Below, one piece after another: positions 56,860-64,000 of a stretch of 64,000 bases of DNA. The notes under the pieces were generated by a model that saw nothing but the letters and a program-made list of their open reading frames with translations, was not told the DNA's origin and ran no database searches. The DNA lies in NCBI GenBank assembly GCA_937969505.1, contig CALBWA010000010.1, positions 11,184-75,183 on the forward strand. Reading direction: 5' to 3'. The DNA is from an uncultured Erythrobacter sp. Lineage in GTDB: Bacteria; Pseudomonadota; Alphaproteobacteria; Sphingomonadales; Sphingomonadaceae. Position numbers and translations under genes: made by a program. Position 1 is the stretch's first letter, and each line of letters opens with the position of its first letter.

Positions 56860-58818
56860 ATGTCCAGCATGGTTCGCAATTCTATGATTTTTCGTGCCTT
56901 CGTCGGCCTCCCCCTCCTTGCTTTGACGACGGCGGCACCGGCGCAAGATCCAGCCAGCTGGGACAAGGCGCGCGCGCAATTGATTGCTCAGCAGCCAACC
57001 GGAATGGCGCGGGCTGTCAGCCGGTGGGAAGATCTCATTGCCAACCGTGATCTCAGTTTTGACAGCTATGCCGGTTTTGTGCTGGCCTATCCCGATTTCC
57101 CGCAGGAAAGCATTCTGCGCACCCGGGCGGAAAACGCACTCGACCGCGAGGCTCCATCGAGCGAAGCGCTGCTGGGCTTTTTCGACGCAAACCCGCCGCT
57201 CACCAATTCCGGCAGGGCTCGCTATGCTTTGGCATTGGCGGCATTCAACCGGCCCGAAGCGCCAGATGTGGCGCGCGAGGCATGGCGTGGTGGTTCGATG
57301 AGCGGAACAGCAGAGGCCTATCTGCTTGGTCTATACGGCTCGCAATTCACCAGCGATGACCACATTGCGCGGATGGATGCATTGCTGTGGCAGGGTGATG
57401 ACGAAGCCGCGACCCGGCAGATGATCAACATCGCCCCAGGCGATCGCGATCTTTACATGGTGCGACTGGCACTGGCCCAAGGCCAAAGTCCGGGGGCCGC
57501 TGGCCTCACCGTGCCTGCCGGTGCCAGCAGTGATCCGGGTTATGTCTACAATCTGGCGCGGCATTACCGCAACAATGGCCAATTGCCCCAGGCCATCGGC
57601 CTGCTCGCCAATCGGCCCAAATTCACGCGCCTGCCGCACGATGCTGAGGATCTTGTCGGCGAGATGCTGAGGATTGCCAAGGGCGCAAGCTCTGGCCAGG
57701 CCGCCCGCATTGCCGGAACGGTCGATGATCTGTTCCCTGCTGGTGCTGACGTTAGCGAAGAAAGCTTCCGTCTGCGCGATGATTATACGTCGCTGATGTG
57801 GCTGGGCGGCACCAAGGCGCTGTGGAATCTGGATGATGGCAAGCAAGCTGCACCCTTGTTCTACCGTTATGGCGCAGCAGCCCGCACCCCGCAGACCCGG
57901 TCAAAGGGCTTCTATTGGGCTGGCCTCGCCAGCCAACGGGCCGGCGACATGGCCGAGGCCACCCGGTACTGGAACCTGGCAGCGGAATATCCCGACCGTT
58001 TCTATGGTATGCTGGCACTCGATCGCCTCGGCCGCCCGGTTCCCGCGCTCGACCAGCGTGCAACCGCAGAAATCACGCCTGAGCAACGCGCGTCCTTTAA
58101 TGCCCAACCGCTGACCAAGGCGGTGCGAGAAGTGTCGCGCGGTGTGCAATGGCGCACCGGCATCCGGTTCTTCCGCGCGATTGCCGATCAGGCGGAAACG
58201 CCAGCCGAGCACCTATTGGTTGCAGAGCTGGCCAAAGAAACCGGTCGCCGCGATTTGGCCGTCAATCTTGCCGAGGCTGCGCAGGCCCATGGGCTGGACG
58301 GGTTTACCATCATCGGCCACCCGACCCTGCAATTGCCGCAAGGATCGGACTTCACGCTGGTCCATGCAATCACCCGGCAGGAAAGCCAATTTGCCCAGAA
58401 CGCGATCAGCCACGCCAATGCGCGCGGCCTGATGCAGTTGATCCCCTCCACCGCGCGCGAAGAGGCGAACAAGGCCGGTATCACCTATATGTCAGCCAGC
58501 CTGATTGATGATGCGAGCTACAACATTCGGCTTGGCAACAATCACATACAGCGTCTGCTTGCCCGATACGATGGCAGCTATCCGTTGGCCTTTGCCGCCT
58601 ACAATGCGGGCCCGGGGAATGTGAACAAATGGCTGCGCGCCAATGGCGATCCCCGCACCGGAGCGGTGGAGTGGGTCGACTGGATTGAGCGTATCCCATT
58701 CTTTGAAACGAAAAATTACGTCCAGCGGGTGGTCGAGAACGCTGCCGTTTACGAGCAGCTTTATCCTCAACGCACGCCCTATGGGAATGCGCGCACAGCC
58801 AAAGACTTCCTGCGCTAG
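56860..58818 (+). CDS. slt: Soluble lytic transglycosylase (Slt70-like)
   Basis: Signal peptide, helical N-terminal region, ITRQESQF, ARGLMQL, AYNAGPG and IPFFETKNYV motifs. Confidence 0.9.
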   Translation: MSSMVRNSMIFRAFVGLPLLALTTAAPAQDPASWDKARAQLIAQQPTGMARAVSRWEDLIANRDLSFDSYAGFVLAYPDFPQESILRTRAENALDREAPSSEALLGFFDANPPLTNSGRARYALALAAFNRPEAPDVAREAWRGGSMSGTAEAYLLGLYGSQFTSDDHIARMDALLWQGDDEAATRQMINIAPGDRDLYMVRLALAQGQSPGAAGLTVPAGASSDPGYVYNLARHYRNNGQLPQAIGLLANRPKFTRLPHDAEDLVGEMLRIAKGASSGQAARIAGTVDDLFPAGADVSEESFRLRDDYTSLMWLGGTKALWNLDDGKQAAPLFYRYGAAARTPQTRSKGFYWAGLASQRAGDMAEATRYWNLAAEYPDRFYGMLALDRLGRPVPALDQRATAEITPEQRASFNAQPLTKAVREVSRGVQWRTGIRFFRAIADQAETPAEHLLVAELAKETGRRDLAVNLAEAAQAHGLDGFTIIGHPTLQLPQGSDFTLVHAITRQESQFAQNAISHANARGLMQLIPSTAREEANKAGITYMSASLIDDASYNIRLGNNHIQRLLARYDGSYPLAFAAYNAGPGNVNKWLRANGDPRTGAVEWVDWIERIPFFETKNYVQRVVENAAVYEQLYPQRTPYGNARTAKDFLR

Positions 58819-58830
58819 GGCATAGTTCCA

Positions 58831-59310
58831 ATGAAGCCGATGGGCGATCCGATCAGTCCGGCTGGCATGGCGGCTCTCAAGGCGCGCTATGATCATTTGC
58901 TGGGCACGGAACGGCCCGAAATTGTCGAGATCGTCAGTTGGGCTGCGGGCAATGGGGACCGCAGCGAAAACGGCGATTATCTGTACGGCCGCAAACGGAT
59001 GCGGGAGATTGACCGTGAACTCGGCCATCTATCCCGCCGGATGAAGGCTTTGCGCCTGGTTGATCCGACGGAGCAGCCCGACATGTCGCGCGTGTTCTTC
59101 GGCGCCCAGGTCGAGATTGCCGATGAGGACGACCAACGGCGCACTCTGACTTTGGTGGGCGACGATGAACAAGACGCTGGCGCTGGCCGGATTGGCTGGA
59201 ATTCCCCCCTCGCGCGCGCATTGCGCGGGGCAGAAGTGGGGGATTTGCGCGTCGTAAAGCTTCCCGAAGGCGCAAAAGAATGGGAAGTGATGGCGATCAC
59301 CTATGATTAG
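58831..59310 (+). CDS. greB: Transcription elongation factor GreB
   Basis: WAAGNGDRSENGDY, RVFFGA and SPLARAL motifs. Confidence 0.85.
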   Translation: MKPMGDPISPAGMAALKARYDHLLGTERPEIVEIVSWAAGNGDRSENGDYLYGRKRMREIDRELGHLSRRMKALRLVDPTEQPDMSRVFFGAQVEIADEDDQRRTLTLVGDDEQDAGAGRIGWNSPLARALRGAEVGDLRVVKLPEGAKEWEVMAITYD

Positions 59311-59857
59311 CATTCGCCCCGCCCTTGCCATTGTGGCAATCGCTGTCACTGGCTTCATCGCCGCCGCGACGCCTCCGGCGGTGTTTGCTCGCGACAGTCT
59401 GGGTGTCTACGCCGATTGGGCCGTCTTCAGAGATATGAATGTACCGCGCTGCTATGCAATCGCACGGGCAAACCCACCTGTGCGCGAGAGCGAAAAGCAG
59501 CGTGATTACACCCCATATATCAGCATTGGCACTTGGCCGGAACGTTCGGTCCGCAACCAGTTGCATTTACGCTTGTCGCGCAAGCTTGCGCCCAATCGGC
59601 AGATCAGACTCGCGATTGGTTCGCGGCGGTTCAATCTGACCGGCGGTGGCGGCGATGCCTGGGCCCAGAACCCGGCGATGGATGCTGCGATCATTGCCGC
59701 CATGCGGTCTGCAACCCGGTTGAGCGTAACCGCCACCGATGCCAGCGGAAAACGGTTCACCAACCGCTACACACTGGAAGGTGCTGCAACCGCAATAGAT
59801 GCGGCCACTCTGGGGTGCTCTCCGCGCAGCCTGCAACAGGCGCAATCACAAAACTAG
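59303..59857 (+). CDS. IalB (invasion-associated locus B) family periplasmic protein
   Basis: Signal peptide, Y.DW.VF...CYA, AMRSA..L.V and Y.LEG...A; upstream of rlmN as often seen in alphaproteobacteria. Confidence 0.7.
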   Translation: MISIRPALAIVAIAVTGFIAAATPPAVFARDSLGVYADWAVFRDMNVPRCYAIARANPPVRESEKQRDYTPYISIGTWPERSVRNQLHLRLSRKLAPNRQIRLAIGSRRFNLTGGGGDAWAQNPAMDAAIIAAMRSATRLSVTATDASGKRFTNRYTLEGAATAIDAATLGCSPRSLQQAQSQN

Positions 59858-59893
59858 CCAATCACGCGCCGCGCTCCTATATGGGCGCGATCC

Positions 59894-61138
59894 ATGGCCG
59901 ATACCAATCTCATGTCGATCCCCGGACAGGTGGATCCCGTTCCCGTCGCGCGTGACATAACGCCGCGCGCCGATGGACGCATTGACCTGATGGGCCTGCC
60001 AAAGGCGCGCATCCGCGAATTGTTTGAGCAGGCCGGTCTGGATGCGAAGCAGGCAAAATTGCGCTCAAAACAAGTTTTTCACTGGATCTATCACCGCGGG
60101 ATCAGCGAATTTGCCGAAATGACTGATCTGGGTAAGGCAATGCGGCCATGGTTGGCCGAACGCTTTGTCGTGGCCCGGCCCGAAGTGGTGGAAGCGCAGG
60201 TTTCCTCTGACGGAACCCGCAAATGGCTGTTGCGCACGCCCGATAGCCACGATTTCGAGATGGTGTTCATTCCTGACGCGGATCGCGGCACGCTATGCGT
60301 CTCGAGCCAGGTCGGCTGCACGCTCAACTGCCGGTTCTGCCACACTGGGACGATGCGCTTGGTGCGCAATCTGACGCCGGGCGAGATCGTCGGGCAAGTC
60401 ATGCTGGCGCGCGATGCACTTGGTGAGTGGCCCAAGGGCAAGATGGATTTCGCGGAGATTGAAGACGAAGCGGAATATACCGCCGATGGCCGTCTGCTGA
60501 CCAATATCGTGATGATGGGCATGGGAGAACCGCTCTACAATTTCGACAATGTGCGCGACGCGCTCAAACTGGTGATGGATGGCGAAGGTCTTGCCCTATC
60601 CAAGCGGCGCATCACCCTGTCCACCAGCGGCGTGGTCCCGATGATGGAGCGTTGCGGCGAGGAAATTGGCGTCAATCTGGCAGTATCACTTCATGCCGTG
60701 ACCAAGGATGTCCGCGACGAGATTGTGCCGATCAACAAGAAATACGGCATCGAACAATTGCTGCAGGCATGCGCAGACTATCCCAGCGCATCAAACGCGC
60801 GGCGGATCACCTTCGAATATGTCATGTTGAAGGACAAGAATGACAGCGACGAACACGCACATGAGCTGGTTCGCTTGCTGCGCGAGTATGACCTTCCGGC
60901 CAAGGTCAATCTGATACCGTTCAATCCATGGCCCGGGGCCACTTACGAGTGTTCTACGCCCGAGCGGATCAAAAGCTTTTCCTCAATCATTTTTGATGCC
61001 GGGATCAGCGCACCGGTGCGCACTCCGCGTGGGCGCGACATTGATGCGGCCTGCGGCCAGCTCAAGACTGCTGCGGAAAAGAAAAGCCGGGCTCAGCTCG
61101 ACAGGGAAGCAGCTCAGGTTCAAGCAGCGAATTCGTGA
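59894..61138 (+). CDS. rlmN: Dual-specificity RNA methyltransferase RlmN
   Basis: Radical SAM motif [26 protein letters not shown] and AACGQL. Confidence 0.97.
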   Translation: MADTNLMSIPGQVDPVPVARDITPRADGRIDLMGLPKARIRELFEQAGLDAKQAKLRSKQVFHWIYHRGISEFAEMTDLGKAMRPWLAERFVVARPEVVEAQVSSDGTRKWLLRTPDSHDFEMVFIPDADRGTLCVSSQVGCTLNCRFCHTGTMRLVRNLTPGEIVGQVMLARDALGEWPKGKMDFAEIEDEAEYTADGRLLTNIVMMGMGEPLYNFDNVRDALKLVMDGEGLALSKRRITLSTSGVVPMMERCGEEIGVNLAVSLHAVTKDVRDEIVPINKKYGIEQLLQACADYPSASNARRITFEYVMLKDKNDSDEHAHELVRLLREYDLPAKVNLIPFNPWPGATYECSTPERIKSFSSIIFDAGISAPVRTPRGRDIDAACGQLKTAAEKKSRAQLDREAAQVQAANS

Positions 61139-61740
61139 CGCACGACAAAGCAACCATCGCATATTACGATGGCAACGCTCCACGCTATTCAGCCAGCATG
61201 AAGCAGGATCGTCATCGCCATCTTGATCCGTTCCTCGATCAACTCAGCGCCAATGCGGAAATTCTGGAAATTGGGTGCGGTGCCGGACAAGATGCCGCTC
61301 ATATGGTATCTCGTGGTTTCACGGTTGATGCCACAGACGGCGCACCTGCGATGGTATGTGAAGCAAACCGGCGCTTCAATTTGGATGCCAGGATAATGCG
61401 CTTCGACGAACTGACAGCCTGCGAAAGCTATGACGCGGTCTGGGCGCATGCTTGCCTGTTGCACTTACCCCGTCAAAACGTGCCTGATGTTCTTGCCCGC
61501 ATATATCGCGCCTTGAAACCTGGAGGCTGGCACTTTGCCAACTTTAAACTGGGGGATGAAGATCACCCGGATGAGGGGCGAGACCCGTTGGGCCGATGGG
61601 CCAATTTGCCTGACAAAAACTGGCTGAGGGATAAATATGCCGGGGCTGGCTTTGAACTGATTACGGAAGACGAATATGTCGGCAATGGTTCAGACGGTGT
61701 CATCCGCGATTGGTGCGCATTGACCGTCAGAAAGCTGTGA
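61135..61740 (+). CDS. Class I SAM-dependent methyltransferase
   Basis: [21 protein letters not shown] and ALKPGG motifs; GTG start overlaps the rlmN stop. Confidence 0.88.
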   Translation: MTHDKATIAYYDGNAPRYSASMKQDRHRHLDPFLDQLSANAEILEIGCGAGQDAAHMVSRGFTVDATDGAPAMVCEANRRFNLDARIMRFDELTACESYDAVWAHACLLHLPRQNVPDVLARIYRALKPGGWHFANFKLGDEDHPDEGRDPLGRWANLPDKNWLRDKYAGAGFELITEDEYVGNGSDGVIRDWCALTVRKL

Positions 61741-61982
61741 GCAAAGCGTTCACAATCGATTCTGTGTGAACTGGCAAGGCCACATCACTGCACGACCGCG
61801 AATGTGCGCCGTGAAAAAGAAAACCGGGCCCGGTTGGGCAGAGAAGCTGACGATAAAGAAAACTATGGCGCACAGCCGACCGAACTCAACTCATCGCATA
61901 TTGAGTAACTTTAATCTCTTACCTGCGAACTTCCTAGCATACCGCGCATGAAAACGGTGCGGACACGTAAAGGAAGATAAAG

Positions 61983-62420
61983 ATGAAATCATTATTGTTC
62001 GCTATTGCTGCTGCTTCAGTCAGTATTGTCGGATCACCTGCATTTGCTGCAGTTAATAGTAATTCTGCCGCAGAACATATTGTCGAAAACTCGTCATCGG
62101 TTAAAACTGGTACAGTATTCAGAATTGACAATGCTGAAAACAAGCGCAGCCATCGGGGCGCTGTCTACGGCAAGAAATTTGGCACTTACAAGGGCAAGCA
62201 TTTTTCCCGCAGCTCGCGTAAGCATCACAGCAAGCGCAGTTTCTACAAAGCCAAGAAGTTTTACAATTTCAAGCATCATAGCCGTCATTACGACGACCAC
62301 GCCGTCAAACATCATGGCCACGATCGCCATCACGACCATGATCACCATCATGATTCTCACCCGGATCGGCATCACGGCGGGCATGAGATTGCCAAGAAGT
62401 ACAAGAAGTACCGCGACTAA
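61983..62420 (+). CDS. Secreted His/Lys-rich hypothetical protein
   Basis: SD-like AAGGAAG, signal peptide ending AFA, 22 His in 145 aa, and a downstream terminator. Confidence 0.75.
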   Translation: MKSLLFAIAAASVSIVGSPAFAAVNSNSAAEHIVENSSSVKTGTVFRIDNAENKRSHRGAVYGKKFGTYKGKHFSRSSRKHHSKRSFYKAKKFYNFKHHSRHYDDHAVKHHGHDRHHDHDHHHDSHPDRHHGGHEIAKKYKKYRD

Positions 62421-62474
62421 CCGATGATCACTTGAAATGGCTATTGCCAGGGCTTGATTATCAGGCTGAAACGG

Positions 62475-62508
62475 ACGCCCACCAGGCAACTGGTGGGCGT
62501 TTGTTTTT
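62475..62508 (+). terminator. Rho-independent terminator
   Basis: ACGCCCACCAG-GCAA-CTGGTGGGCGT followed by TTGTTTTT. Confidence 0.85.
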
Positions 62509-62560
62509 CGCGGTACATCTGCTGCTTCCGACGCCTGTCGGATTCGGGAACATCAAACGC

Positions 62561-63199
62561 ATGACGTGGACCATAGATCAAATCTGCACTGGCAAAGCGG
62601 TGCCCTTCCGTGGCGAGGAAAAGAGCGCGTTCGCAAAAATGCCAGTTTGCGGTTCGCTGGATCTGGGAAGCGAAGGCCTGGCAGGAGACGAACAGGCTGA
62701 TCGCAAACATCACGGCGGGCCTGACATGGCGCTGCACCTGTATCCTGCCGATCACCATCATTTCTGGCGCGAGGAATTGGGAAATTTGGTTCTACTGGGA
62801 GAGCCCGGCGCATTTGGCAGCAATCTGGCGGTTGCGGGACTGGACGAGAGCGATGTTACTATTGGTGAGCGATTTACCCTTGGCTCATCCCTGATCGAGA
62901 TCAGTCAGCCGCGCCAGCCCTGCTGGAAGATCGAACATCGTTTTGGTATCAAGGGGATAGTAGCAAAGATCATCCAGACGGGCCGTTGCGGATGGTATTT
63001 CCGCGTCTTGGAGCCTGGCCAAATTGCAGCGGGCGATCAGTTGGAACGCGCTGAGGCAGGCCATGATGGCTGGAGCGTTTCACGCGCCTTCTTGACTCTG
63101 TTCGGACCCAATGCCTCCACCCGAGATCTGGCCGAATTGGCCGCACTTGAGCGGCTAAGCGCAGACCACAAAGCAAGAGCCCTGAAACGCGCAGGCTAA
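62561..63199 (+). CDS. MOSC domain protein (YiiM-like)
   Basis: GLAGDEQAD..HHGG.D.A, FGSNL, SQPRQPCWK and GRCGWYFRVLEPG motifs with a C-terminal 3-alpha domain. Confidence 0.9.
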   Translation: MTWTIDQICTGKAVPFRGEEKSAFAKMPVCGSLDLGSEGLAGDEQADRKHHGGPDMALHLYPADHHHFWREELGNLVLLGEPGAFGSNLAVAGLDESDVTIGERFTLGSSLIEISQPRQPCWKIEHRFGIKGIVAKIIQTGRCGWYFRVLEPGQIAAGDQLERAEAGHDGWSVSRAFLTLFGPNASTRDLAELAALERLSADHKARALKRAG

Positions 63200-63202
63200 T
63201 AT

Positions 63203-64000
63203 CTACCCCGAGAAAGCTGTCAGCTTTCCGCCCTGCGATATCATGGCGCAGCGCCCGCCAATCCATACCGTGCCATTGCCATCATCCTCGCACAGTACCA
63301 GACCATCAGCGCCGACCTTTTGCCCCTGCCCTGCGGTGTAGCTACCTTGCACAATGCCTTCGCTGAACAAGTGTACCGCAACGCCAGCGTTGAAGCTGCC
63401 CGTCACTGGGTCCTCGACAAAGCGTTCGTGCGTGTCGGCAAAAAAGGCGCGCAATTCCCAATCGCGCCGCGCGCCATCAGAGTTTGGCCCGGCAAGGCCT
63501 ATATCCGTGCCCAAGGGCGCTTTTGCAGCGGGTTCGGCCGCCAGAACATCCTGTGCTGATTTCAGCCGGAGCAATTGCCACTGGGGGCCGTTGACGACGT
63601 GAACCGCCTCGACCAGAGCGCTTTCGTCGATCCCGGTCAGCGCAATTGCACGGTCACGCTCCTGATCTGTAAGCGGTTCATGGCGAACCATTGGCGGAGC
63701 TGCAAATGCCAGGTGATCTTGCCCTCCCTCGCCCAACTTAATGTCGACCAGTCCCACTCCGCATTCCTGCACCACTCGGCCAGATCGCGACGGTGTCCCA
63801 CCCCTCTGCAACCAGGAAAAGCAGGATCCAAGCGTAGGATGCCCTGCAAAGGGAAGCTCGCCTCCGGGATAGAAAATGCGCAATCTGTAATCCGCGCCAG
63901 CTTCCGTCGGTGGCAGCACAAAAGTCGTTTCTGAAAAGCCCAGCCACTGGGTCAGCTTCAACATCTGATCCGCTGACAAATCATCCGCTCCATGAACCAC
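63203..64000 (-). CDS. PhzF family isomerase (5'-truncated by window edge)
   Basis: GFSETTF, RIFYPGGELPFAGHPTLG and EDPVTGS motifs. Confidence 0.9.
   Translation of the reverse strand: MVHGADDLSADQMLKLTQWLGFSETTFVLPPTEAGADYRLRIFYPGGELPFAGHPTLGSCFSWLQRGGTPSRSGRVVQECGVGLVDIKLGEGGQDHLAFAAPPMVRHEPLTDQERDRAIALTGIDESALVEAVHVVNGPQWQLLRLKSAQDVLAAEPAAKAPLGTDIGLAGPNSDGARRDWELRAFFADTHERFVEDPVTGSFNAGVAVHLFSEGIVQGSYTAGQGQKVGADGLVLCEDDGNGTVWIGGRCAMISQGGKLTAFSG

Noticed and set aside
1-64000. CRISPR array, transposase, integrase, prophage or rRNA
   Set aside because: No regularly spaced repeat-spacer run or matching proteins were seen by eye; short degenerate remnants could have been missed.

Overview
A 64 kb, GC-rich (about 60% by eye) stretch of core chromosome from an alphaproteobacterium. 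Gene order and protein sequences point to Sphingomonadales, probably Erythrobacteraceae; this is inferred from recalled family features, not a database search. Housekeeping content: the F0 ATP synthase operon, ydbH-ynbE-ydbL, radC, purB-lapA-pyrF-trpFBA-accD-folC, ampG, rluB, rsmD, uvrD, a DEAD-box helicase, cpdR, tRNA-Val(GAC), icd, alaS, recA with a LexA box, cckA, smpB, dapA, slt, greB and rlmN. No CRISPR array, integrase, transposase or rRNA was seen. The most notable observations are: (1) an insertion between trpB and trpA, bounded by an 18-bp duplication of the trpB 3' end, that carries a palindromic REP/RPE-like element and a chain of overlapping mini-ORFs; (2) an unannotated candidate sRNA with an RpoH-type promoter, C-rich anti-Shine-Dalgarno loops and a terminator at about 38.65-38.76 kb; (3) a tandem-DoxX/NDH-2 fusion; (4) an icd / GNAT-nitrilase / Kef / GFA gene run that may be glutathione-linked; (5) a low-GC secreted His/Lys-rich protein; (6) an EcfG-type promoter on a small secreted protein gene; and (7) a Baeyer-Villiger monooxygenase with an atypical fingerprint motif. 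Functional interpretations are inferences.
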